This document shows positions 1 through 8,714 of a stretch of DNA of 17,064 bases, one piece after another. Both the position numbers and the translations under genes were made by a program. The DNA comes from Candidatus Latescibacterota bacterium (GTDB lineage: Bacteria; Latescibacterota; UBA2968). Numbering within the stretch: position 1 is the stretch's first letter; each line of letters begins with the position of its first letter. The notes below the pieces were generated by a model. That model was not told the DNA's origin. It saw nothing but the letters and a program-made list of their open reading frames with translations, and ran no database searches. The stretch lies in NCBI GenBank assembly GCA_038279365.1, contig JAYODI010000007.1:34997-52060 (forward strand), given 5' to 3'.

Positions 1-44
1 AAAACCAAGTCATAAACACTTAAACGCCAAGCTCAAAACATTCA

Positions 45-93
45 CCATCTGCCATTTGCCGTTTCACGTTTGCCATTTGCCATTTCACGTTTG
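45..93. repeat. Tandem heptamer array (7 units, consensus MCRTTTS) with a higher-order 21-bp duplication
   Basis: ccatctg ccatttg ccgtttc acgtttg ccatttg ccatttc acgtttg; 52-72 and 73-93 differ at one base. Lies 5 nt past the stop codon of the dehydrogenase. Confidence 0.9.
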
Positions 94-98
94 CCCAC

Positions 99-1046
99 TT
101 AATACCCCGCCGACTTATCAACCGCACTGATCAACGCTTCTCCTTGGGCAAACCGCTGCAAATTTTCCAAAACCAATGCCTGATTGCGTCCGGCACGCTC
201 TGGGGCATTGCCTGCAATATGTGGTGTAATAATCACATTGCGCATTTGCCACAAAGGGTGTTCATCTGGCAGGGGTTCAGGATCAACCACATCCAACCCA
301 GCACCTGCAATCTCACCTTTTTGTAATGCCTCAACCAACGCATCGGTCTTCACAGTATTGCCACGCCCCACTGTAATCAACAGGGCCGTTTTTTTCATCT
401 TAACAAACGCATCTCGATCAAACATCCCACGCGTTTCGGGTGTATCGGGCACAGAAACCACAATCACATCGGCTTGCGCCAACAAGTCATCAAACCGCTC
501 ATTGCCCCACACCGTAACATCACGGGGTTCGTCACCCACCACAGCACGACGCAACGCAATGACATGCATATCAAATGCTTTTGCCATACGCGCCAAATGT
601 TGTCCCACGCCTCCAAAACCTACCAAACCCAATGTCTTGCCCCCTACCTCAAATACCTTTTTGCCAGCATCACCCTCATGGCGGTTCCATCGACCATCTC
701 GCACACACAACGCAATGCCACGCGTAAGCCCCAACATCAGTGCAAATGCATGCTCTGCCAACAATGGGCCCACCACATCGCCTTTGGCACACGTCAATGT
801 CACATTCGATTTTAAAAAAGCTGGACAAACCAAACGATCTACCCCAGCACTTGAGATATGAACCCAACGCAAATTGGGACTCACCTTCAAAACATCTTCC
901 CACAAATTGCCTGGGCTGCCAATTAAAATATCGGCATCGGTAACCACATCCAACAAATTATCACGTGAAGCATTGACATATTCAATATTGGGCACAACGG
1001 CCCGCACAGCCTCTTCGTCTAATTTTTGTAGCGCAACAAGTTTCAT
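99..1046 (-). CDS. D-2-hydroxyacid dehydrogenase family protein, NAD(P)-dependent
   Basis: Rossmann motif GLVGFGGVG; SAGVD, LAEHA, PDTPETRG, VGRG, GLDVVDPEPLP and TPHIAG give the Arg-Glu-His triad. Start placed at ATG 1046 after AGGGG (ORF track extends to 1067). Substrate not predictable. Confidence 0.92.
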   Translation of the reverse strand: MKLVALQKLDEEAVRAVVPNIEYVNASRDNLLDVVTDADILIGSPGNLWEDVLKVSPNLRWVHISSAGVDRLVCPAFLKSNVTLTCAKGDVVGPLLAEHAFALMLGLTRGIALCVRDGRWNRHEGDAGKKVFEVGGKTLGLVGFGGVGQHLARMAKAFDMHVIALRRAVVGDEPRDVTVWGNERFDDLLAQADVIVVSVPDTPETRGMFDRDAFVKMKKTALLITVGRGNTVKTDALVEALQKGEIAGAGLDVVDPEPLPDEHPLWQMRNVIITPHIAGNAPERAGRNQALVLENLQRFAQGEALISAVDKSAGY

Positions 1047-1088
1047 AAAAGCCCCTATAAGAAACAATCCATTGAATATGAACGCATA

Positions 1089-1718
1089 TTATTCTTCTGA
1101 CAGTTTTAAAATATCTGCGGAAATACCCTCTAAAATATATGGCTTATATTTTTTAAATCGCACACGCGGGCGAAACCAATTGCCATCTTTTTTGGCATTG
1201 CCAGGTACTTGAACCAAGCGCTTCAAATTAACTTTTTGAAAGTCTGCCTCACCAAAAAACCAACGCGCCAACAATTTGGGCAATTTTTGACGGTTTTGAT
1301 CCTGAAATTCTAAAGGTTCATCCATAGGAAAAAACAACATCCCATCATCGAGTACGCTCACATCACGCATATGTGCCTGAGCCGCCTCGGTCAATTGCCC
1401 CACATCTCTGACCACCACACTGGTTACACACGCAATATCATCTTCGGTGATCACATCAACAAACAAAGACCGCAAACGGTTTTTTAAACCACCATACATA
1501 TCCAAAAGGCTCTTAGACCGAGGATTGACACCTGCAAAGACCTGCCCCAACTCATTATATCGCTCACATTCTGCAACAAAATCATCTTCATTATCAAATA
1601 ACCCAACGCCAATCAATTGATCGTCATCATATGCATTTAGCTGGGTCAAACCAAGCTCAGGCTTGTGTTGTAATAAATCATAGAAACGACGAACATCGCG
1701 TTCCTCAAAACGTTTCAT
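1089..1718 (-). CDS. Hypothetical protein, 209 aa; possible degenerate RepB/AEP primase-like fold
   Basis: Fills the gap between argH and the dehydrogenase; ATGA overlap with the argH stop (1715-1718). VFAGVNPR, TEDDIACV and NLKRLVQVPGNAKK resemble RepB-type primase motifs. Gene call is solid, fold call tentative. Confidence 0.75.
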   Translation of the reverse strand: MKRFEERDVRRFYDLLQHKPELGLTQLNAYDDDQLIGVGLFDNEDDFVAECERYNELGQVFAGVNPRSKSLLDMYGGLKNRLRSLFVDVITEDDIACVTSVVVRDVGQLTEAAQAHMRDVSVLDDGMLFFPMDEPLEFQDQNRQKLPKLLARWFFGEADFQKVNLKRLVQVPGNAKKDGNWFRPRVRFKKYKPYILEGISADILKLSEE

Positions 1719-3130
1719 CCATCTGCCCTTCCCTGACGTGCAAGCAATAATTTTTGACCTGATGCCACTTGTTTCAATACCGAATCTCGGCCCGTCCCCC
1801 CATATAAATTTCGTTGTGCCGTACTTTGTACGGGTGACAACACGGTTTTAATGTCTTCATCAAAGACATTCGATGCGGCTTTTAACGTCTCCAAATCTAA
1901 GGCTTCCAAACGCACCCCCCGATCCAGCGCGGTGCGTACCAATTCTCCCACAATGCGATGGCTTGTTCTAAAAGGTACCCCTTTTCGCACCAAATAATCG
2001 GCCAAATCGGTTGCCAAAATCATGCCATCTAAAGCCGATGTCATACGCGCCCCCTTCACCACCATCGTTTCCCAGGCACCAGCAAAAACATCTAAAGAAA
2101 TACAGATGGTATCCACCGTATCAAAAAAGGGTTCTTTGTCTTCTTGCATATCTTTGGCATATGTCAATGGAATGGCTTTCATCACAGTGAGCAACGACAT
2201 CAAATTGCCATAGACACGGCCTGTTTTACCACGCACCAATTCCAAAGAATCGGGGTTCTTCTTTTGAGGCATCATGCTCGACCCCGTGCTAAATGCGTCA
2301 TCCAACTCAACAAAACCAAACTCCGAAGACGACCACATAATGAGGTCTTCACAAAATCGGCTCAGGTGCCCCATTAAAATGGAAGCCGCCGACATAAACT
2401 CCAAATAATAATCGCGATCACTCACGGCATCTATGCTGTTATCGGTGACACGCTCAAAACCAAGTGTTTCACGCACAAATTCGCGATCCACAGGAAAAGC
2501 ACTGCCAGCCAATGCACCAGACCCCAATGGCATCGCATTTGCGCGCGCCCAACAATCCACAAACCGACCTCGATCGCGATCCAACATCCAAAACAAGGCC
2601 ATTGCATAATGGGCAAACCGAATGGGCTGCGCTTGTTGCACATGGGTATAACCTGGTAAAATCACATCCAGATGTGCTTCTGCCGATTGCAACAAAACCT
2701 GCATCAAACCATCAATGCGCGTTACAGTCTCATCAACGGCTTGCCGCAAATACAACCGCTCATCCAATGCCACCTGATCGTTGCGGCTTCGCCCCGTATG
2801 AATCTTGGCACCCGCATCGCCCACCAACGCCGTGAGGCGTTTCTCAATGGCCATGTGAATATCTTCCAAATCATCTGTCAAAGGCAACTGTCCGGCATCC
2901 AATTCACTTTCGACCTGATCCAACCCTGCAAGCACCTGATCGCGCTCGGCTTCACTTAATACCCCAATGCGCGTCAAGGCTTTGGCCTGTGCCCGGCTAC
3001 CCTCAATATCTACCTTGTATAAACGTTGATCAAAACCAATGGACGCATTAAACTTTTCCATCAACTTTTCAGTCGACTTCCCAAAACGCCCCCCCCAGAG
3101 TTTTTCTGAAGAAGATTGTGATTCACTCAT
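1715..3130 (-). CDS. argH: Argininosuccinate lyase
   Basis: KLWGGRF, EDIHMAIE, HTGRSRNDQVA, PGYTHVQQAQP, fumarate-lyase signature GSSMMPQKKNPD, ATDLADYLVRKGVPFR. Start placed at ATG 3130 (MSESQ) after AAAGG. Confidence 0.97.
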   Translation of the reverse strand: MSESQSSSEKLWGGRFGKSTEKLMEKFNASIGFDQRLYKVDIEGSRAQAKALTRIGVLSEAERDQVLAGLDQVESELDAGQLPLTDDLEDIHMAIEKRLTALVGDAGAKIHTGRSRNDQVALDERLYLRQAVDETVTRIDGLMQVLLQSAEAHLDVILPGYTHVQQAQPIRFAHYAMALFWMLDRDRGRFVDCWARANAMPLGSGALAGSAFPVDREFVRETLGFERVTDNSIDAVSDRDYYLEFMSAASILMGHLSRFCEDLIMWSSSEFGFVELDDAFSTGSSMMPQKKNPDSLELVRGKTGRVYGNLMSLLTVMKAIPLTYAKDMQEDKEPFFDTVDTICISLDVFAGAWETMVVKGARMTSALDGMILATDLADYLVRKGVPFRTSHRIVGELVRTALDRGVRLEALDLETLKAASNVFDEDIKTVLSPVQSTAQRNLYGGTGRDSVLKQVASGQKLLLARQGRADG

Positions 3131-3151
3131 CTCAAAACCTTTCATAAACAA

Positions 3152-3218
3152 CAAAGTGCATAGACGCTTGGCCCAAAGCCCATCGCTATGCACTTTGCCT
3201 TTTGCGCGTTGCGCTCTA
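3152..3218. repeat. Intergenic hairpin (perfect 12-bp inverted repeat) within a heptamer-phased array between argG and argH
   Basis: caaagtgcatag (3152-3163) / ctatgcactttg (3186-3197); the right arm is part of cgctatg cactttg ccttttg cgcgttg cgctcta (3184-3218). Confidence 0.75.
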
Positions 3219-4472
3219 AATGCCTTCTAATAAATCTTTCTCAATTTGACCCGCAGCATGTTCGGCTTTGGCACTTACCCCCAACACATTCAAAAAACCT
3301 TCCGAATCGCGGTGATCATAATCGCCCACATCTTCCATGGAAGCCGTTTCTTCCGAATATAAAGAATGAGGCACATCTTTCGACGCTTTAAATGTCACGG
3401 TGCCCTTATAAGCCGCCACGGTGACTTCACCTGTTAATAAATTGGCCACGGGCTTAAGCGCACCGCGCATCATTTGCGAAGCCAAATCGTAATAATATCC
3501 TTGGTAAATTTGCTCGGCCATATCAACCGAAATGGCATCATAAAACCTTCTGGCACGACGATCTAAAACCTGCTGAAGCAAAAACTCGTAACATTCACTG
3601 AGCAAACACAAACCAGGGCTTTCATAAACACCCCGCGACTTGATGCCCACAAAACGATTTTCAACCGTATGTATGCCAATGCCCACGCCATTACGCCCAC
3701 CCACTTCATTGGCTTTTAAAATCGCCTCAACGGCATTAACATCCACGCCATTAACATTTACAGGACGACCATTTTCAATACGCACCGTAAACAGTTCGGG
3801 TTTATCGGGTGCTTGTGCCGGAAACACACCCATGCCGGGTTCAATAAAATCTGCCGCCACTTCCAACGACTCCAACTTACCCGCTTCGTGAGTCAAACCC
3901 AAAAAGTTGGCGTCTGTTGAATACGGCTTTTCATAACTGGCCGTAATGGGCAATTTGTGCATGTGACAATAATCGATCATCTCCTTGCGCCCACCAAACA
4001 TATCTAAGTAGGCATTGTCGCGCCAAGGTGCATAAACCGACACCACAGGCTTGAGCATATTGGCCACCAATTGGAAACGCACTTGGTCATTGCCACGCCC
4101 TGTTGCACCATGAACCAATATATCAATGTTGCGTTTGTTCATCTCTTGCAACAAACCGCGCGTGGTCACATGGCGTGCAATACCTGTGGTATTCCAATAA
4201 CCACCTTCATAACGCGCTTGAGCAATCAACATGGCCACAGCCGTTTCTGCCAAATCTTGTTTTAAATCAATCAATACCGCTTCAGATGCACCACACGCCA
4301 ACATGCGCTTGCGAATATCGTCCATATCTATTTCATCGGGTTGACCAATATCACCCGTCAAACTCACCACATTCACGCCGCGATCCACCATCCACTTGGT
4401 TACCGTACAACTGTCTAACCCACCCGATGATGCCAACGCAACAGTTTTGCCACGCAAATCATTAATTGTCAT
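3216..4472 (-). CDS. argG: Argininosuccinate synthase
   Basis: PP-loop SGGLDS, HGATGRGNDQVRF, APWR, YSTDANFLG, VENRFVGIKSRGVYESPG; SD GGAAGGGA upstream. Confidence 0.97.
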   Translation of the reverse strand: MTINDLRGKTVALASSGGLDSCTVTKWMVDRGVNVVSLTGDIGQPDEIDMDDIRKRMLACGASEAVLIDLKQDLAETAVAMLIAQARYEGGYWNTTGIARHVTTRGLLQEMNKRNIDILVHGATGRGNDQVRFQLVANMLKPVVSVYAPWRDNAYLDMFGGRKEMIDYCHMHKLPITASYEKPYSTDANFLGLTHEAGKLESLEVAADFIEPGMGVFPAQAPDKPELFTVRIENGRPVNVNGVDVNAVEAILKANEVGGRNGVGIGIHTVENRFVGIKSRGVYESPGLCLLSECYEFLLQQVLDRRARRFYDAISVDMAEQIYQGYYYDLASQMMRGALKPVANLLTGEVTVAAYKGTVTFKASKDVPHSLYSEETASMEDVGDYDHRDSEGFLNVLGVSAKAEHAAGQIEKDLLEGI

Positions 4473-4523
4473 AAATCCCTTCCTCTCACAATCCTCAACC
4501 CTACACTGTCGTTTAAGACCAAA

Positions 4524-4563
4524 CGTGCCTCTCCCCCAAGAGGGAGAGGCACGGGGTGTAAAG
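4524..4563. repeat. GC-rich REP-like palindrome between argD and argG
   Basis: cgtgcctctccc (4524-4535) - ccaaga - gggagaggcacg (4542-4553), perfect 12-bp stem, followed by ggggtgtaaagg; resembles CCTCTCCC-N-GGGAGAGG type extragenic palindromes. No convincing U-tract on the minus strand. Confidence 0.7.
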
Positions 4564-4564
4564 G

Positions 4565-5755
4565 TTAACTCAAAAATTCGTCCAAAGCAGCCACGGCAAT
4601 GTCAATATGTTCTTTTTCGATAACCAACGGCGGCAAAAACCGAATCACATCGGGCCCTGCCACACACACCAAAATATTCTTTGCCCGCAGTGCGGTCACC
4701 GCATCATTGGCTGGTGTATCTTTGATTACAATACCGGCAATCAAACCTTTACCACGAATTGCGGTCACCTTGTCATGTTTTTCTTTCAACGCATTCAATT
4801 TGCCAAATAAATAATCACTCTTTTCTTGTACGCTTGCGATAAACGTTGGATCAGACAAGGTTTTAAACACCTCAACCGCCACCGCACACGACACGGGATG
4901 ACCACCAAATGTAGCCGCATGATCACCTGGTTCTACAGCATTGGCCACATCTTGTGTCATCAATGTTGCACCAATGGGCAAACCGCCAGCCAATGGTTTG
5001 GCAAGGGTCATAATATCGGGCGTTACACCTGAATGTTGATAACAAAACAATTTGCCAGTACGCAACAAACCACTTTGTACTTCATCAAAAATAAGCAACA
5101 TTTTCATTTCGTCACACAGTGTGCGCAACCCTTCTAAAAACTTAGGATCGGCAAAATAGATGCCCCCCTCAGCCTGCAAGGGTTCTAAAATAACAGCCAC
5201 AGTTTCACTATCTGCCAATTTTTCTACAGACTCCATATCGTTCAAATCGGCAAATGAAATCCCTGGCAACATCGGCCCAAACCCTTTGTGATACTTAGGT
5301 TGTCCCGTTGAAGAAATGGAACCATATGTGCGACCGTGAAAAGAATTTTTCAGCGAAATAATTTTGTTTTTGGGTTTGTCAGGAAAGTTTTTATATCCCC
5401 ATTTTCGGGCAAATTTCAATGCCGCTTCAATAGACTCGGTACCACTGTTGCAAAAAAAGGCACGATCGGCAAATGAGTTTTCACACAACAACTGCGCCAA
5501 CTGAGGTGCAGGAATGGTGTGATACAAATTGGATACATGAATCAACTTGCCCAATTGGGCATTGGCGGCATCTTGAATCAACTTGTTATTATATCCCAAT
5601 GCATTGACAGACAAACCACTTACAAAATCGAGATATTTTTTCCCATCTGTATCTTGCAAATAAACACCGTCACCACTTTCTAACACAAATTGTGGCCGAC
5701 CATAGGTTTGTAAAATATACTTCTGTTCCAGGTCTATGACTTCTTTTGTGGTCAT
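4565..5755 (-). CDS. argD: Acetylornithine aminotransferase (class III PLP-dependent)
   Basis: YLDFVSGLSVNALG, HVSNLY, FFCNSGTE, SFHGRT, EPLQAEGG, FDEVQSG, TLAKPLAGGLPIGA (PLP lysine), TFGG, IRFLPPL; arg operon context. Start at ATG 5755 after AGGAG. Confidence 0.95.
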   Translation of the reverse strand: MTTKEVIDLEQKYILQTYGRPQFVLESGDGVYLQDTDGKKYLDFVSGLSVNALGYNNKLIQDAANAQLGKLIHVSNLYHTIPAPQLAQLLCENSFADRAFFCNSGTESIEAALKFARKWGYKNFPDKPKNKIISLKNSFHGRTYGSISSTGQPKYHKGFGPMLPGISFADLNDMESVEKLADSETVAVILEPLQAEGGIYFADPKFLEGLRTLCDEMKMLLIFDEVQSGLLRTGKLFCYQHSGVTPDIMTLAKPLAGGLPIGATLMTQDVANAVEPGDHAATFGGHPVSCAVAVEVFKTLSDPTFIASVQEKSDYLFGKLNALKEKHDKVTAIRGKGLIAGIVIKDTPANDAVTALRAKNILVCVAGPDVIRFLPPLVIEKEHIDIAVAALDEFLS

Positions 5756-5837
5756 GATCACTCCTATTTTTATTGAACGTGAAGAACGCAAAAAAGAGGC
5801 TCTTGCCAAAGTCTTCTTGCGAGATCCGTTCCCAATT

Positions 5838-6722
5838 TTATTGTATAATCTCGGTGCCAATGCCTTCACGCGTAAACGTTTCAAGCAACAACGCATGTGG
5901 CACACTGCCATCTATAATATGTGTTTTGCGAACACCGCCTTTCACTGCACGCTCACAAGCGCGCAGTTTAGGAATCATGCCCCCCTTTGCAATGCCATCA
6001 GTAATCAACCCTTCCACATCATTGACATGCAAAGATGAAATATGAGAGCTTGGGTCTGAAGGGTCGCGCATAATGCCGTTGACGTCTGTCAAAAACACCA
6101 ACTTCTCAGCTTGTAATGCACGCGCAATTTCACCCGCGGCTGTATCGGCATTCACATTATAACTCTCACCATCGGGTCCTAGCCCAATGGGGGCAATCAC
6201 AGGAATCGTACCCTCTTCACAGGCCAAACGGATGGGTTCGGGGTCAATTCGGGCCACATCGCCAACATATCCGATGTCTACCTGTTTCTTTTCCCCATTT
6301 TCCTCCACCGTGGCCAAATATTTGGTCACATACATGACCCCAGCATCTTTGGCAGACATGCCACGTGCCCGCCCATCCAACATTTCCAAACCATCGCATA
6401 TACGACGATTTACTTCACCAAACAGTGTATCTTCAACAACCTGCATCGATGCTTTGTCGGTTACGCGCAACCCATTAATCCATTGAGATGCAATGCCCGA
6501 TGCTTCCAACCGTCGGCTAATCTCTTTGCCCCCACCATGCACCACAACAGGGCGCATGCCCACTGTTTCCATAAACACCAAATCGGCCATAACCGTTGGC
6601 GAACCACCTTCATTAGGTTGTGTACTGCCCCCATATTTCACCACCACAATCTTATTGCGAAATGAGCGAATATAAGGGAACGCCTCAATCAGCGTTGATG
6701 CTTTTTCAATAATTTTGTCCAC
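5838..6722 (-). CDS. argB: Acetylglutamate kinase
   Basis: EAFPYI, VVKYGGS, VVHGGGKEI, GLRVTD, YNVNAD, LTDVNG, GGMIPK, HIIDG, GIGT. Start either GTG 6722 (after GGGGGA) or ATG 6755 (abutting the upstream stop). Confidence 0.96.
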   Translation of the reverse strand: MDKIIEKASTLIEAFPYIRSFRNKIVVVKYGGSTQPNEGGSPTVMADLVFMETVGMRPVVVHGGGKEISRRLEASGIASQWINGLRVTDKASMQVVEDTLFGEVNRRICDGLEMLDGRARGMSAKDAGVMYVTKYLATVEENGEKKQVDIGYVGDVARIDPEPIRLACEEGTIPVIAPIGLGPDGESYNVNADTAAGEIARALQAEKLVFLTDVNGIMRDPSDPSSHISSLHVNDVEGLITDGIAKGGMIPKLRACERAVKGGVRKTHIIDGSVPHALLLETFTREGIGTEIIQ

Positions 6723-6755
6723 AAAATCCCCCTGCTGGGTTTCATCTTTCAACAT

Positions 6756-7850
6756 TTATATCACTTCCAAATAGTCTTTATCAGGCAGTGCTGGAAACGG
6801 TGCTGCAGGTAGCGTTTGATACCAATACGCCACTGAGGCTATATCATCTTGCAAAGGCAAATAACGACGCCCCTCACTGGTTCGGTTGCGCCATCCCAAG
6901 GCTTGTATGGTTACCCGCAAGTCTTCTTCAAATCGCACAGGGTCCATAATATGCCAGCGATACATGCCAAAACGCGTTTGTGAATCGTACAAACCATCAG
7001 GCCGAATCACCTGAGGCAAACCCGCATAGGGTGTGGTAAATTCACGATACCCACCCCGATCTTTGCCCAAATCAAAATTGTATGACCCACAAAAATAATC
7101 TTCTGTGCCCGTACCACATATGGTGGGAAATTCGCCATCACCATCCATATAAAATTTGATCTCGCCTTCCCCCCACCATTGCGTACTGTTCACACCCCAA
7201 GCCATATAAACACCCACCAAATGCCCCTTGCCTTTTATGCCATCTACAATCGTATACACATCTTTATACGGCAATGGATTGGTTCGACGAAATTGTGCAT
7301 GAAAATAGGCACATTCTTCTGGCACTTCGGTCAATGTGTAATTGACCTGATAATAAAGTGTCATTGGATCTTCTGCAATATTCTCTAAGGTAATGCGACA
7401 CCGCTTTCGAAAAGGCATTTCCCAATAACAATTAAAGGCACTGCCAGGGTTTACACACACGGGCAAAGAAGTCACTTGTGCATAACGGCCCCAACCACAT
7501 GCGAAAAAATCACCTACGGGACATTCAACCGATGGTTCGTCTTGACCATCCCAATAAATACGCAAAATACTAAATCGCCAATGTCCTGTGGGTGTCATCC
7601 AAATCTGTTGAATGGCACCTTGTCCATCTATATCTGCCAATGTAAATGTTTCACCGGGTTGAATCCGCACAGATGGCGAAACCTTCCACCCCTGCCCCAA
7701 ATCACGTGCAGGCCCAGCACCAGTCCCTTCGATGGCCATGCCGCCTTTGCCTTTTTCACCCGTAAAATTTTCTGGGCTGATTGACCGCGTAACCGCATTG
7801 GACAACTGAGACAAGTTGCCCAAATGAAGACCCAAACCGTTAAAACGCAT
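6756..7850 (-). CDS. Glycoside hydrolase family 172 (DUF2961) protein
   Basis: TRSISPENFTGEKGKGG, IYWDG, PVGDFF, NCYWEMPF, YFHAQFRR, WWGEGE and GTGTEDYF (the two catalytic Glu motifs of GH172), YRWHIMDP, DDIASVAYWYQ; SD GGAGG; no signal peptide. Confidence 0.9.
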   Translation of the reverse strand: MRFNGLGLHLGNLSQLSNAVTRSISPENFTGEKGKGGMAIEGTGAGPARDLGQGWKVSPSVRIQPGETFTLADIDGQGAIQQIWMTPTGHWRFSILRIYWDGQDEPSVECPVGDFFACGWGRYAQVTSLPVCVNPGSAFNCYWEMPFRKRCRITLENIAEDPMTLYYQVNYTLTEVPEECAYFHAQFRRTNPLPYKDVYTIVDGIKGKGHLVGVYMAWGVNSTQWWGEGEIKFYMDGDGEFPTICGTGTEDYFCGSYNFDLGKDRGGYREFTTPYAGLPQVIRPDGLYDSQTRFGMYRWHIMDPVRFEEDLRVTIQALGWRNRTSEGRRYLPLQDDIASVAYWYQTLPAAPFPALPDKDYLEVI

Positions 7851-7865
7851 AACGCCCCTCCAAAA

Positions 7866-8633
7866 TTAACTCTCTAATGTGCGATACCAATAACGATACA
7901 ATTCTTCAAAACCAATCGACTCATACACATGCAATGCAGGTGCATTGCTTTCTTCTACTTGCAAATAAGCCATTTTTGCACCAGCTTTGCGTGCCCGATT
8001 TAGCAACGTCCACACCAACAACCGGCCATAACCTCGGTTGCGCTTTTCTTTGTCGGTCACCAAGCCAAACAGACCCGCAAATTCACCCTCGCGAATCGTA
8101 AACCCACCGGCAACAGGTTCATCACCATCCATCAACATCACAAATCGAGCCGGTACAGCCAAATTGTCCATCATATCACGAAACGCTTCTTCATCATAAT
8201 CGCTGAGTTCTTTCAATTTCACATAGGTATGAAACCATTCCGGATCAGGGCGTGTCCACACCCGCACATCGCCCGTTTCGGGAATCACAACCTTGTACAA
8301 ATCCAGAGTCTCTATCAATGTTACCGCTTCATAACCATAACCGCGAGCCGCCAAAACAGAATCCAATTGAGGGGGCTGATTTAAGGGCGTCATTTTAAAA
8401 ATAGGACGCAAACCCCGCTCTCGATACATGGCTTCACAAACCGGAATCTTTTCATCCACACTGCGATGTCCCCTATAGATGGGGCTGACAGAATTGGCCC
8501 GACGCGTATACCCATCGGCCAAGCGAATCACCCAACCATCGTATAAAACCTGTTGCATCGCAGGACATGCATTTAAACATCGCTCTTCTATATCGCGAAT
8601 TTTTTGCCCCGCTTCTGTCTGAAAAACGTCCAT
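7866..8633 (-). CDS. GNAT family N-acetyltransferase (YobR-like two-domain type)
   Basis: N-terminal DGWVIR..GYTRRANSV family motif; acetyl-CoA motif RNRGYG; YLQVEESNAPALHVYESIGF. Start at ATG 8633 after GGAG. Confidence 0.9.
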   Translation of the reverse strand: MDVFQTEAGQKIRDIEERCLNACPAMQQVLYDGWVIRLADGYTRRANSVSPIYRGHRSVDEKIPVCEAMYRERGLRPIFKMTPLNQPPQLDSVLAARGYGYEAVTLIETLDLYKVVIPETGDVRVWTRPDPEWFHTYVKLKELSDYDEEAFRDMMDNLAVPARFVMLMDGDEPVAGGFTIREGEFAGLFGLVTDKEKRNRGYGRLLVWTLLNRARKAGAKMAYLQVEESNAPALHVYESIGFEELYRYWYRTLES

Positions 8634-8714
8634 AAACACTCCAACAACCCGCTCTCAGCACCCAACCTCGATGCGCAAATAGGAAGATTGAGTCAAAAAC
8701 GACACTGACCGTCA

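Noticed and set aside
45-93. Possible CRISPR array
   Set aside because: Units are 7-nt tandem repeats with no spacers; no cas genes in the window.
184-861. 225-aa plus-strand ORF
   Set aside because: Antisense shadow of the dehydrogenase; Ser/Thr/Pro-rich with no recognisable domain.
5790-5827. Possible terminator between argB and argD
   Set aside because: A T-run is present on the minus strand but the stem is short and mismatched with a long loop; not supportable.
5756-5911. N-terminal extension of argD in the ORF track (similarly argH 3131-3193 and argR 10130-10147)
   Set aside because: Overlaps argB or intergenic hairpins; better starts with SD sequences lie downstream and match expected family lengths.
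8637-8671. Weak heptamer phasing between argC and GNAT (also 4481-4508)
   Set aside because: Too degenerate to distinguish from chance by eye and no clear complementary arm.
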